From assembly GCA_963789395.1 (NCBI GenBank), contig CAWBKP010000011.1, positions 96,001 through 160,000 on the forward strand: DNA of 64,000 nt, written 5' to 3'. Positions 41,355 through 52,236 of the stretch are shown one piece after another. Positions within the stretch are counted from its first letter, which is position 1; every line of letters starts with the position of its first letter. This DNA comes from an uncultured delta proteobacterium. GTDB lineage: Bacteria > Desulfobacterota > Desulfobacteria > Desulfobacterales > Desulfatirhabdiaceae. A model generated the notes under the pieces. The model was not told the DNA's origin. It saw only the letters and a program-made list of their open reading frames with translations, and did not search any database. A program made the position numbers and the translations under genes.

Positions 41355-43995
41355 TTACCCTCTGCCAATCACCTCGATGGCTTTTTTCAGGGCATCATCC
41401 AATTTATCCGGCAGTGTGCCGCCAGCCTGAGCCATGTCGGGCCTGCCGCCACCGCTGCCGCCGACAACAGCGGAAATCTCCTTGACAATATTGCCGGCAT
41501 GAAACCGTTTGACCAGGTCTTTGGTTACCAAAGCAATCAGCAGGACTTTTCCGGCAGCTTCACTTCCCAGGACAACCACCCCGGATTTGATTTTGTCCTT
41601 GAACTGATCCCCCATATCCCGAAGCACTGTCGGTGCATCGGCTGCGACTTTTTTCACCAGAACCGAAACGCCCTGAATCATCTGAATGTCATCCATTGCA
41701 GCATGCATCGAGCCGGCCGTAAGTTGCGATTTAAGCTTTTCCACTTCTTTTTCATGGGCTTTTTGCTGGGACAGCATTTTTTCAATGCGAAGGGGGATCT
41801 CTTCCGGCTTACTTTTCAACAGACCGGCGCTTTCCTGAATCAAGCGAAACGACTTTAGAATATGGTCCATGGCCGCTTCACCGGTAAAGGCCTCGATGCG
41901 CCGGACCCCGGAAGCCACACTGGCCTCCGAAATGATCTTAAACACCCCGATGTTCCCCGTACGCTGCGTATGCGTTCCGCCGCAAAGCTCCTTGCTGAAG
42001 GTTTCAAGTGAAATAACACGCACCCGGTCCCCGTATTTTTCCTCAAACAAGGCCGTAGCACCGGATTTAAAGGCAGCCTCGGCGTCCATTTCTTCAATAT
42101 GCACCGGAACATTTTCCCGGATTCGCTGATTCACCATTCTTTCGATCTGTTCCAGGGAATCGGAATCCACCTGAGAAAAGTGGGTAAAATCAAAACGAAG
42201 CCGCTCTGCGCTGACAAGAGATCCCGCCTGCTTGACATGGTCTCCGAGCACGTTCCGCAGGGCGGCATGGAGAATATGGGTGGCCGTGTGGTTGCATGCA
42301 GTTGCTTCCCGCTGGACGGCGTCCACCGTAAGGGTGACGGCATCTCCTTTTCGAATGCATCCGGAAAGAACCGTTCCCTGATGAATGATGATTCCGGCAG
42401 GATCCTTAATGGTTCCGGTCACCCGGATCTCAAGTCCGGAAAGGGTGTCGCCTCCGGTAATGGTGCCGACATCCCCGACCTGACCGCCGGATTCACCATA
42501 AAACGGGGTGATGGCCGTAACGATCTCAATTTTCTCTCCTGTTGATGCTTCCGGGATTTCCCGGCCGTCAACTGCCAGGACCAGGACAGTCGCAATGCAG
42601 GACTGCTGGCGATAGCCGACAAATTCCGGCCGGATGCCGCCGGCCGAAAGCTGCACGAACGCATCTCCTGCACTGGCGAATTTCGCAACAGAGCGCGACT
42701 GGTTCCGCTGAACTTCCATGGCCGATTCAAAACCGGTCATATCAACGCTCATGCGTTCATCCCGGATCACGTCCCGAACAATGTCAACCGGAAATCCGAA
42801 CGTGTCATAGAGCTTGAAGACCACATTTCCAGGAACCTCGGTGAGACCCTTGGCTTTCATATCGCTAAAGCGTATCGTTTAAGAGCTTGAGACCGTTGTC
42901 CAGTGTTTCGGAAAACCGGCGCTCTTCATTCTGAATCACGTTCGTAATGAAGGCATAGGCATCGGAAAGCTCCGGGTAGGCAGGCTTCATGAGATCGCAG
43001 ACAGCGCCTGCGGTTTTATGGAGAAACGGCCGGGTCAGGCCGATGTTTCTTCCGTAGCGGATGGCCCGCCGCATGATCCGCCGCAGGACATATCCCCTTC
43101 CCTCGTTTGACGGCAGGACCCCGTCCCCGATCAGGAATGCGGCCGCGCGGCTGTGATCGGCAATGACCTTCATGGCCACATCGCTTTCATGGGAATCTCC
43201 CAGCCGTTTCCCGCAGAGGGCTTCGGCTTCCTTCATGATGGGCATGATCAGATCCGTGTCATAATTGGTGTCCACATTCTGGACAACGGACACGATCCGC
43301 TCAAGGCCCATACCCGTATCAATACTGGGTTTGGGAAGGGGCGTCATTTTACCGGTTTCATCCCGGTTGAACTGCATGAACACCAGATTCCATATCTCCA
43401 GATACCGGTCGCATTCGCACCCCACCCGGCACTCCGGCTGTCCGCACCCGTAGCGTTCGCCACGGTCGATCAAAATTTCCGAACAGGGTCCGCAGGGACC
43501 GGTATCTCCCATTGCCCAGAAATTGTCCTTTTCGCCGAACCGGACAATCCGCTCTTCCGGGATGCCGATGTTCCTGTGCCACAGGTCGTAGGCCTCATCA
43601 TCATCCAAATATACGGAGGCATACAGCTTATCCGCCGGCAGGCCATAGCCGTTGATCATCAGATCCCATGCAAATTCAATGGCTTTTTCCTTGAAATAAT
43701 CCCCGAAAGAAAAATTTCCCAGCATTTCAAAAAACGTGTGGTGTCTGGCCGTATAACCGACATTCTCAAGGTCGTTGTGCTTGCCGCCTGCCCGGACGCA
43801 TTTCTGGGACGTCACGGCACGGTCGTAGCCGCGTTTTTCCTCCCCGAGAAATGTGCGCTTGAACTGAACCATGCCTGCATTGGTGAACAGCAGGGTGGGA
43901 TCATCCTGGGGAACCAGGGAAGAACTTCGAACTTGCTGGTGTGAATGTTTTTTGAAAAATTCCAGGAACTGCCTGCGTACCGCATTACCCGTCAT
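41355..43995 (-). CDS. alaS: Alanine-tRNA ligase, apparent frameshift near 42862
   Basis: [38 protein letters not shown]; editing motifs HTATH and [20 protein letters not shown]. Confidence 0.96.
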
Positions 43996-44037
43996 AGATC
44001 GCTCCATTAAAATATCAGGTGGGAAGGCGAATTATCT

Positions 44038-45099
44038 TCAGTCTTCAGCCTTCGGCCGTTTATCTTCAGCCTTCATTGTTTGTTTAGATGTCTCTTCCTT
44101 CTTGACGACAATCCCCATGCTTTCTCTGACCCGTGTCAAAATTGACTGATATGTCTCCGGATTCTCCAGAAAATAGGATTTTACGTTCTGCCTGCCCTGC
44201 CCGATCCTCTCTCCCTGATACGCATACCAGGAGCCGCTTTTTTCGATGATGCCCACCTCGACACCGACATCCAGGAGATCTCCTGCCGCCGAAATGCCTT
44301 CTCCATAAAGAATATCGAATTCCGCTTCCCGAAACGGCGGCGCCAGCTTGTTCTTCACAACCCGGACCTTGGTGCGGTACCCCATCTGTTCCTGAGCATC
44401 CTTGATGGGGCTGGTGCGCCGGATATCCAGCCGGACGGATGCGTAAAATTTCAACGCATTGCCGCCGGTCGTGGTTTCAGGATTTCCAAAAACCACGCCG
44501 ATTTTGGAACGGATCTGATTGATGAAAATCACGCTGGTCATGGTTTTGCTGATGGTTCCGGTCAGTTTTCGAAGGGCCTGGGACATGAGTCTGGCCTGAA
44601 GTCCCATGTGGGAATCCCCCATTTCGCCTTCAATTTCCGCACGGGGAACCAGCGCAGCCACGGAGTCAATGACCACGATATCGATGGCGCCGCTTCGCAC
44701 CAGCATGTCTGCGATTTCAAGGGCCTGCTCCCCGGTATCGGGCTGAGAAATCAGCATTTCATCACAATTGACCCCGAGTTTACGTGCATAAATCGGGTCC
44801 AGGGCATGTTCTGCATCGATAAACGCCGCGATGCCGCCCTGTTTCTGGGCGCTGGCGACCGCATGAAGGGCCAGTGTGGTTTTTCCCGATGATTCCGGAC
44901 CGAATATCTCAATCACCCTTCCCCGGGGCAGTCCGCCGATGCCAAGGGCCTTGTCCAGGGCCAGAGATCCGGTGGGAATCGTGGGAATGTCCTGCACGAC
45001 CCGGCTACCCAGCTTCATGATAGACCCTTTACCGAACTGACGCTCTATCTGGCTCATCGCCGCATCAACGGCTTTTTCCTTTTCCGGCATGGTAATCAT
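44038..45099 (-). CDS. recA: Recombinase A
   Basis: [45 protein letters not shown] before ATG 45099. Confidence 0.98.
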   Translation of the reverse strand: MITMPEKEKAVDAAMSQIERQFGKGSIMKLGSRVVQDIPTIPTGSLALDKALGIGGLPRGRVIEIFGPESSGKTTLALHAVASAQKQGGIAAFIDAEHALDPIYARKLGVNCDEMLISQPDTGEQALEIADMLVRSGAIDIVVIDSVAALVPRAEIEGEMGDSHMGLQARLMSQALRKLTGTISKTMTSVIFINQIRSKIGVVFGNPETTTGGNALKFYASVRLDIRRTSPIKDAQEQMGYRTKVRVVKNKLAPPFREAEFDILYGEGISAAGDLLDVGVEVGIIEKSGSWYAYQGERIGQGRQNVKSYFLENPETYQSILTRVRESMGIVVKKEETSKQTMKAEDKRPKAED

Positions 45100-45207
45100 A
45101 TGCCCTCCTTCTGTCTTTATAAACGATTTGGAGCCAGAACGGAAAGTCCGTTCTGGCAGCATCCGATAAATATTCAAATTTCATAGCCAACGCCAATATA
45201 ACCAACA

Positions 45208-45807
45208 CTATCCGTTTGAAATAACAGGGCCGGCCAGTATTACACTTCTGAGCGGCGTATAAATTGAGCCGGACGGCGTCAACCGGCTTTGAATCAGATG
45301 CATGGCATCGACCGTGAACGCATGCGAAGTCGCCTGCCCGGTTTGTCTCAGTGCGCTGACCAGGAGGCCGCTCTCCAAGCGGGTCTTGATTCTGCCTAGT
45401 GTCAGATGCCCTTTAAACGGCCTTTGCTCAGGCTTGAACCGGCCCTTTCCGACCGGATCCAGCCGGACCTCCAGATCCTGTTGAAGGGCGATCAGCTGCG
45501 GGATATCGCCCGCTATTCCCATCCACACCACCCTCGGACGTCTCAGGTCAGGAAAAACCCCGAGTCTTCCTGCAGATAAAACCAGTGGTGTCACCTGCCG
45601 CGCGCATTCCGTCATGACGGCCGCTATCGGCTCGATATCGGCAGGCTCAATGTCTCCCAGGAATTTTAACGTCAGATGAACGTTAGCGGGTGGCACCCAG
45701 GCAATGCTCAGCCCCAGGGCTTTAAGGGCGCGTTGAACCTCTGAAACGAAACCCGTCAGCGGCTCCGGAAGCGCTACGGCAATAAAGGCTCTGAGAAGCT
45801 CAGTCAT
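45208..45807 (-). CDS. thpR: RNA 2',3'-cyclic phosphodiesterase (2H family)
   Basis: RAFIA, two HLTL motifs, canonical position upstream of recA. Confidence 0.9.
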   Translation of the reverse strand: MTELLRAFIAVALPEPLTGFVSEVQRALKALGLSIAWVPPANVHLTLKFLGDIEPADIEPIAAVMTECARQVTPLVLSAGRLGVFPDLRRPRVVWMGIAGDIPQLIALQQDLEVRLDPVGKGRFKPEQRPFKGHLTLGRIKTRLESGLLVSALRQTGQATSHAFTVDAMHLIQSRLTPSGSIYTPLRSVILAGPVISNG

Positions 45808-45820
45808 GACGGGATTCCGT

Positions 45821-46987
45821 TTAGATTGGCAGTGTAAACTGCGGTTCACCCAGCAAAAATTCGCCGCGGGAAATCCATTCCTTCAGGGTTGCCGCGATCT
45901 CCCTGGCCCTGACCATGCTGGAGAGCGGAACCGTATGAACATCCACACCATTAACCTGAATCATACCGCTTTTCAGCTCTGCATAACTGACCTGGCCCAG
46001 GCTTCGGGAAATACCGTTGGGGTAATCATGACCATAGTCCAGAATCTGCGTAAAGATTTCTTCGTCGGAAACTCCCGTATATTCAGCTATTTCCTCATTC
46101 AAAACCGGAATCGGAATTCCCAGCCCGACCGACAGCGAACAACCATACCCCAGAATACTGACACCCACCAGCCACCGGGGGCTCATTTTTTTCAGATCCC
46201 CCATGACCCAAAGGGTTCCTGCAGGCGTTACCGGAACCCCTCTGGCATTCCGTTTGGCGGAGGGTTTATGCTGGGTTCCGTACCAGGTCACATAGCCTTC
46301 CGCACCGCCCAGGAATATCCGGGTTCCCAGTCCGATGGTCTGGTAATAGGGGTCGTTGAACAGCGGACTGAGCGAGCCCGACGTACTGTAGTTGGCGTTA
46401 CCGGCACGGGGTTTCAGGGTCCCCATATAAGTGTAAACGGTTTTTTTCGTCAGATTCACAGCACAGTTATAATTCTGATATCCATTTCTCGGATTGCAGA
46501 GCACGGCATTGGGAAGGGTTTGAAGGGTGATTTCTTTTTCAACATACCGGCTGGGATAACAGTCCGTGCCATACGCTGTGGCTTTAAGGTAGACGCGCTT
46601 TCCGGCAACCAGGTCCTGAATCACATGCCCGCCCCCGTAAGTGAACTCACCGGGATAAACCTTGTTCAGCGGGTCATCCTCACAGGGTTCAGTTGCGCCG
46701 ATATAACAGTCCACCGCAGCAACGCCACCATAAGCCGGGACATTGTTCATCCAGACTTTGGATGCCTTGATGCCGGGCGTCGAGTGGCCGAAATTGATAA
46801 ATGCACCGGATGAGCACATGGGCGCAAAGGTTCCGGTCGTCACCACATCCACATAGCGGGCCGCCTCAACCCGACCCTGCTGTTTAACGATATCCGTCAT
46901 TTCTTCAGCGGTGACCACAACCACTTCACCGGATCTGATTTTATCATTGATTTCCTTATAAGTCTTTGTAACGATGTGCTTTTTCAT
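45821..46987 (-). CDS. DUF39 homocysteine biosynthesis protein (aspartate-semialdehyde sulfurtransferase-like), no CBS domains
   Basis: KTYKEINDKI, VDVVTTGTFAPMCSSG, YGGGHVI, GTDCYP, NPRNGYQNY, TIGLGTRIFLGG. Confidence 0.85.
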   Translation of the reverse strand: MKKHIVTKTYKEINDKIRSGEVVVVTAEEMTDIVKQQGRVEAARYVDVVTTGTFAPMCSSGAFINFGHSTPGIKASKVWMNNVPAYGGVAAVDCYIGATEPCEDDPLNKVYPGEFTYGGGHVIQDLVAGKRVYLKATAYGTDCYPSRYVEKEITLQTLPNAVLCNPRNGYQNYNCAVNLTKKTVYTYMGTLKPRAGNANYSTSGSLSPLFNDPYYQTIGLGTRIFLGGAEGYVTWYGTQHKPSAKRNARGVPVTPAGTLWVMGDLKKMSPRWLVGVSILGYGCSLSVGLGIPIPVLNEEIAEYTGVSDEEIFTQILDYGHDYPNGISRSLGQVSYAELKSGMIQVNGVDVHTVPLSSMVRAREIAATLKEWISRGEFLLGEPQFTLPI

Positions 46988-47080
46988 GAACGAAAAATCT
47001 CCAATAGAAAAACAGGCTGAAGGAAGACGAACTGAAGCCTTTTTATCAAATTCTTCAGGGTAATTTTCCTGAGTTTACCA

Positions 47081-48463
47081 TCACTTTATGGTGGATTGCA
47101 CGTCTTTAATTTTATCCAAAATATTGTTTTTTATCCACGTGTCATCCCACCATTCAATCGGGTTGACAAAGGTGTTTCGAACCAGCATGGAATAGTGCAG
47201 ATGGTCTCCTGCGGCCATGCCGGTGCTGCCAGTGTGTCCGAGAATGTCGTTTTTTGAAACCATCCGGCCGACAGTGACATCAAAGCTGTTCAGGTGAGAA
47301 TACATGCTGAACAACCCGAATCCGTGATCCAGTAGAACCGTCTTGCCATAGATTCCGACAAAATCAGCAAACACAACCCTGCCGGTGTTGGCGGCGGGAA
47401 CCGGGGACTGTTTGACAGAAGCCAGGTCAACCCCAAGATGATCCTGTTGATCCACTTCCTTGCCCTCGAACAGGTAGGTCCGATGATCCGCAAATCCGGC
47501 TTTGGGAGCGGAATTGGGAAGCCGGACAAAGCTCCCTTCCCAGTACATCTTGCTGTCGCTGGAAGCAACCGCAGATGATATCTTCTGATAATTGGATTCG
47601 CGCAGTTCCTGGTTGACCTTGATGAATTTTTCCAGCATGGGCTTCTGGCTGTCCGGAGAAACTTCCACATCAAATTCAGGCATTTTCTGATTTAAAAAAC
47701 TGTCGCTCAAGGAAATGGTATCTTTTTTGAAAACCTTTCGCCGAATGTGGTAGGGAAAACCGGATCGTGTTGCATTTCCTGCCTGATCAACAGCTTTTAC
47801 GAAAAGCTCGGTTCCCGGCCCCTGAAGATGATTCAGCGCAATAAAGGCAAGATAGACCCCCTGATCACTGAAATACCCGGCCTGGCCCGGATAAAAGACA
47901 TCCCCGACCATCACGCCATTTACCGGACAGGATTCAGAGAGGCGGTAGATCACCAGGCCCGCCCCTCCCTGATTCAGGTTGTGAACCCGGGTCAGAACCA
48001 CAATTTCCGGAGAGCGGGTATCAATCAGAACCTCTTTTTCAATAACGGCTTTATTGCCGTGAAACCAGTGCCGCCAGGAATGATCCCGGACCATTACCCG
48101 GAACATGGCTTTACCGTCGGTAATTCCGAGCTTTTTAACATCCACGGTAACGGGAACCGACAGTGTATGAACTGGCCCGGTGTCAGACGAGCCTTTCTGC
48201 GGATACAGATCGTCCCGAAGAACCATTTCCCTGCCGTTCTGCTCAATGGCTACCCATACCTTTCGAATACCGCTTCGGGCATCCGCAAGATTCAGGGTCA
48301 TTTCCTGGGAAGGGTTCAGATAAGAAGGTATTTCGGTTGTAATAACGGGATCTTCTCCTTCAAGCCGGTCCCACAGGAACCAGCCGGATACCAATACCAG
48401 AGACGCCAGCATCAATAACAGCAGGCGAAGAATAATTCTTTTAGGACTGCGTTTGGGTATCAC
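47081..48463 (-). CDS. M23-family metallopeptidase with N-terminal membrane anchor
   Basis: HLGVDLA (HxxxD), YSHL, GSTGMAAGDHLHY. Confidence 0.9.
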   Translation of the reverse strand: MIPKRSPKRIILRLLLLMLASLVLVSGWFLWDRLEGEDPVITTEIPSYLNPSQEMTLNLADARSGIRKVWVAIEQNGREMVLRDDLYPQKGSSDTGPVHTLSVPVTVDVKKLGITDGKAMFRVMVRDHSWRHWFHGNKAVIEKEVLIDTRSPEIVVLTRVHNLNQGGAGLVIYRLSESCPVNGVMVGDVFYPGQAGYFSDQGVYLAFIALNHLQGPGTELFVKAVDQAGNATRSGFPYHIRRKVFKKDTISLSDSFLNQKMPEFDVEVSPDSQKPMLEKFIKVNQELRESNYQKISSAVASSDSKMYWEGSFVRLPNSAPKAGFADHRTYLFEGKEVDQQDHLGVDLASVKQSPVPAANTGRVVFADFVGIYGKTVLLDHGFGLFSMYSHLNSFDVTVGRMVSKNDILGHTGSTGMAAGDHLHYSMLVRNTFVNPIEWWDDTWIKNNILDKIKDVQSTIK

Positions 48464-48640
48464 TGCGTTTCAATCCACCTCATATTTTATCAATCGTGCC
48501 TGACCAACATATCTTTTTCAACAGCACATTCGACAAAAGAATCCAAAACAATGACTAGAACACATCAATCAGAATGTGCTCAGGCGTACTGCTCTCAAAA
48601 CTTGTATTTCAAACTGACGGCTTTCGACATAGTAACCATG

Positions 48641-48686
48641 GATTTCAGAATTTGTTTCGAATTTCAGATTTCGATATTCGGATTTT
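48641..48686 (+). repeat. Degenerate 7-nt periodic repeat tract
   Basis: TTTCGAA TTTCAGA TTTCGAT ATTCGGA in exact 7-nt register at 48655-48682. Confidence 0.6.
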
Positions 48687-48910
48687 ACCTGAACGAATGA
48701 TGCGCGACATAGATAGCGGGTTTTTTACAATCCGTTCAGTTATTATCAATTAACCCGGTGCTTATCAAGGTTTGTTTTTTCCAGTGCAGAATTTCAGGAT
48801 TATCATCATTTCTTGACTTTTATCTGTTCGGGCTATAAATAAAACAGTATGAAATTATTGGAAAGTCAAGATATCGGGAAGACAACCCCATCATATAAAA
48901 GAACTTGGAA

Positions 48911-49795
48911 ATGAAATTCCGGACACCATTTTACGAAATCCCCATGGGCGCCGACGCCGAACTGGTCTTGTTTGCCGGCCCCTGCGTCATTGAGGACTAC
49001 ACCACCACGCTATCCATTGCCCGGTTTCTGAAACAATTGACCAGCGAGCTGGGAATCCCCTTTGTTTTTAAAGCCTCTTACGACAAGGCCAATCGGACAT
49101 CGCTGCAATCCTACAGAGGTCCAGGCCTGACCGAAGGCCTACAAATCCTGTCCAGCATCAAACATGAATTGTCAATTCCCATCCTGTCGGATGTTCATGC
49201 CCAATCGGAAGTAGAATCCGCGGCCCAGGTTCTGGATATCATCCAAATTCCCGCCTTTTTATCCAGACAAACCGATCTGATTCTGGAAGTCGCCCGAACC
49301 GGCAAGCCCGTTAACATCAAAAAAGGGCAGTTTCTGTCACCCTGGGACATGTATCCGGTGACTGAGAAAATCACTTCTACCGGAAATCACCAGATTTTAT
49401 TGACGGAGCGCGGGAGTATGTTCGGATATTCAAATCTTGTCGTTGATTTTCGAAGCATTAAAATCATGCAGGATACGGGTTTTCCAGTCATATTCGACGC
49501 CACGCACAGCGTTCAGCTTCCGGGCGGTGCCGGTAAAAGCTCCGGCGGTCAGAGAGAATTTGCGCCAATTCTGGCAAAGGCGGCCGTTGCCGCGGGCGCC
49601 GACGGCATTTTTATCGAAGTCCATCCGGACCCTGATCGCGCCAGATGCGACGGCCCCAATTCCCTGCCCCTGACCATTCTCTTCGACCTGATTTCCAGGC
49701 TCAAAGCGATTCGCAGGCTGTCAGCTGAAGGTCTCTCTACAGCTACCTCCCCGCACGATCTGCATGCAGATGGAACATCCGCTTTTGAAAAATAA
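48911..49795 (+). CDS. kdsA: Kdo-8-phosphate synthase
   Basis: AGPCVIE, FKASYDKANRTS, KKGQFL, FDATHSVQ, EVHPDP..A.CDG. Confidence 0.96.
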   Translation: MKFRTPFYEIPMGADAELVLFAGPCVIEDYTTTLSIARFLKQLTSELGIPFVFKASYDKANRTSLQSYRGPGLTEGLQILSSIKHELSIPILSDVHAQSEVESAAQVLDIIQIPAFLSRQTDLILEVARTGKPVNIKKGQFLSPWDMYPVTEKITSTGNHQILLTERGSMFGYSNLVVDFRSIKIMQDTGFPVIFDATHSVQLPGGAGKSSGGQREFAPILAKAAVAAGADGIFIEVHPDPDRARCDGPNSLPLTILFDLISRLKAIRRLSAEGLSTATSPHDLHADGTSAFEK

Positions 49796-50300
49796 TTTCA
49801 AACATATAAAATTGTTATTGCTGGATGTCGATGGTGTCCTGACGGATGGCAGCATTATTTACGATGACACGGGTTCACAGATCAAGGTGTTCAATGTCAA
49901 GGACGGACTGGGTATCCGCCTGTTGATGCTTGCAGGCATTCAGGTGGCCATCGCCACAGGGAGGCGTTCCAAGGCCCTGCTGCATCGATGCGAAAACCTG
50001 GGTATTTCACTGGTTCTGGATGGACTTTCGACAAAGACGGATGTTCTCAAAGCGATCTATCAGCAAACCGGTATTGTGGCGGATGAAATCGTTTTTGTCG
50101 GAGATGACCTCATGGATCTGCCGTTAATGAAACAATCCGGCGTCTCCATTGCAGTTGCTGATGCCCACGAACTGATCCGCCTGCATGCCGATATGGTTAC
50201 CCTCGCCCCCGGCGGGAAAGGTGCGGTGAGAGAGATCTGCGAGATGATTTTAAAGGCCAGAGACCAGTGGGACACAGTCATCAACCGGTTTATGGCATGA
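49770..50300 (+). CDS. kdsC: Kdo-8-phosphate phosphatase (HAD)
   Basis: LDVDGVLTDG, FNVKDGLGI, GDDLMD, GGKGAVRE. Confidence 0.93.
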   Translation: MEHPLLKNNFKHIKLLLLDVDGVLTDGSIIYDDTGSQIKVFNVKDGLGIRLLMLAGIQVAIATGRRSKALLHRCENLGISLVLDGLSTKTDVLKAIYQQTGIVADEIVFVGDDLMDLPLMKQSGVSIAVADAHELIRLHADMVTLAPGGKGAVREICEMILKARDQWDTVINRFMA

Positions 50301-50322
50301 TGACGGATTACGGCACTTCCAG

Positions 50323-50910
50323 ATGATCCCATTCCTACGCTCCTTCAGCTCAAAAAGAAAAGTCACCTTTGTTCTGGTTGCTTTCAGTTTGATCACAACG
50401 GGGATCATTGCGGGGATTTTCATAAAGAACCGTTATCTCAGTAAAGACCCCGTCAAATTGCTCACCTCCATCAACCAGAACGCAAGTCTGGCTATTGGTA
50501 ATGTCCACCAGGTATCCACGCGGGACGGGATCAAGGAGTGGATTTTGGACGCCAGATCCGCCCATGTTATTGACGAAAGCAAACAATTGATGTTAGAAGA
50601 TGTTACAGTAATTTATTTTTTGAAAAACGGCCAAGAGGTGCGGTTGACTGCAAACCGGGGAATCCTGAAAACCGAGACCAAGGATGTTGAAGCCACAGGC
50701 CATGTGGTATTGACGTATTCCGATTACATTCTGGAAACCGAGCAAATGAATTATGATCACGGGCATCGGGTATTGTCTTCATCAACGCCGGTAAAAATCA
50801 CGGGAAATACCATCAATTTAACGGCAGATTCCATGAAATATGATTTAACTGCCAATCAGGCCTGGTTCCAACAGAATGTTGAGGTGTTGTTGCGTGAAAA
50901 TTCCATTTAG
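50323..50910 (+). CDS. lptC: LPS export protein LptC
   Basis: N-terminal TM helix, beta-rich body (WILDA.SA, LETEQMNYD), canonical position. Confidence 0.82.
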   Translation: MIPFLRSFSSKRKVTFVLVAFSLITTGIIAGIFIKNRYLSKDPVKLLTSINQNASLAIGNVHQVSTRDGIKEWILDARSAHVIDESKQLMLEDVTVIYFLKNGQEVRLTANRGILKTETKDVEATGHVVLTYSDYILETEQMNYDHGHRVLSSSTPVKITGNTINLTADSMKYDLTANQAWFQQNVEVLLRENSI

Positions 50911-51461
50911 ACTCAAAAAACGCAGTCCTTGGCAATTGCTTTTACCATTGTTTCTGATGATGTGCGTGGCGGTGCCCATGGCGAACCGGAATGCGTGTGC
51001 ATTGGAAAAAGAAAAAGATGCCGGCAACATCCAGATCAAAGCAGACAGTCTTGTGGCCTATAATGAAGCAAGCTATGCGGAATTTTCGGGAAACGTCAGT
51101 GCCGTCCAGGGAACAACCCTGATCACATCCGACAAACTCAAAATTTATTACACTAAAGCGATTGAAAAAAAGGACAAAAAAGATACGGGCGAAGAATCCA
51201 TAAAAAAAGTGGTGGCTTCCGGAAAAGTGGTGATCCAGTCCGAGAATCGGACAGCCTATACCAGCATGGCGGAATATACCCCGGCGACAAAAATGGTTGT
51301 TCTGAGCGGACCGGATTCCAAAGTTATCAGCGGCAACAACTATGTAACCGGCGACAAAATCACTTTTTTCATGAATGAGGATCGCGTTACAGTTGAACGC
51401 GGCAAAGAATAAACAGGTTGAGGCGTTTTTTTATTCCGGTGAACTTGACAAAAAACCCTGA
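50894..51461 (+). CDS. lptA: LPS transport periplasmic protein LptA, apparent frameshift near 51405
   Basis: Signal peptide, IQIKADSL, FSGNVSAVQG, GDKITF; tail KQVEAFFYSG...KKP* in another frame. Confidence 0.82.
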
Positions 51462-51488
51462 ACACTTTTACGTGAAGTCATCCGGATT

Positions 51489-52211
51489 ATGGCCGTATTA
51501 TCACTGAAGAACCTGATCAAGTCGTTTGATGGCAAACGGGTTGTCAATTCCGTCACCATGGATATCAGCAGCAGCCAGGTGGTGGGGTTGCTGGGTCCGA
51601 ATGGCGCCGGTAAAACAACGACATTCTATATGGCTGTCGGCATGCTCAAACCCGATTCCGGTCGAATCTTTCTGAATGAAGAAGATGTAACGGATTTTCC
51701 CATTCATATTCGGGCCCGCAAAGGGATTGGGTATCTTCCCCAGGAAACATCCATATTCCGGAAACTAACGGTGCGGGAAAACCTGATGGCGATTTTAGAG
51801 CATCAGCCGCTTTCGCGTCCGGACCAGGAAAGACGGGCGGAAAAACTTCTGGATGAACTGGGGATAAATCACCTGTCTCAGCAGAAAGCCTCATTGCTGT
51901 CCGGCGGAGAAAAGCGGCGACTGGAAATTTCCCGCGCGCTTTCCACCAACCCGGCTTTCATTCTTCTGGATGAGCCTTTTGCGGGCATTGACCCGCTTGC
52001 AGTCATAGATATCAAAACCATCGTATGCCACTTGAAAGAACTTGGAATCGGCGTTCTGATCTCCGACCACAATGTGCGAGAAACGCTTGGGGTCTGTGAT
52101 TTAGCGTTCATTCTAAACGGCGGAGAAATTATTGAAACCGGCGTTCCCCAGCAGATAGCATCCAGCGAAATCTGTCGCCGTATTTACTTGGGGAACGAAT
52201 TTTCGCTTTAA
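51489..52211 (+). CDS. lptB: LPS export ABC ATPase
   Basis: GLLGPNGAGKTT, YLPQE, LSGGEKRR, LLDEPFAGIDP, DHNVRET. Confidence 0.96.
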   Translation: MAVLSLKNLIKSFDGKRVVNSVTMDISSSQVVGLLGPNGAGKTTTFYMAVGMLKPDSGRIFLNEEDVTDFPIHIRARKGIGYLPQETSIFRKLTVRENLMAILEHQPLSRPDQERRAEKLLDELGINHLSQQKASLLSGGEKRRLEISRALSTNPAFILLDEPFAGIDPLAVIDIKTIVCHLKELGIGVLISDHNVRETLGVCDLAFILNGGEIIETGVPQQIASSEICRRIYLGNEFSL

Positions 52212-52236
52212 CCCATGACACATAACCAGATACAAA

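Noticed and set aside
41355..43995. alaS as a naturally split gene or pseudogene
   Set aside because: A single-base shift near 42862 rejoins two intact halves of an essential gene in a window full of similar indels
45806..46813. 335-aa + strand ORF
   Set aside because: Antisense shadow of the DUF39 gene with no recognisable motifs
46988..47080. SAM riboswitch upstream of the DUF39 gene
   Set aside because: The region is short and lacks SAM-I core motifs; the hairpin plus T run fits an M23 gene terminator better
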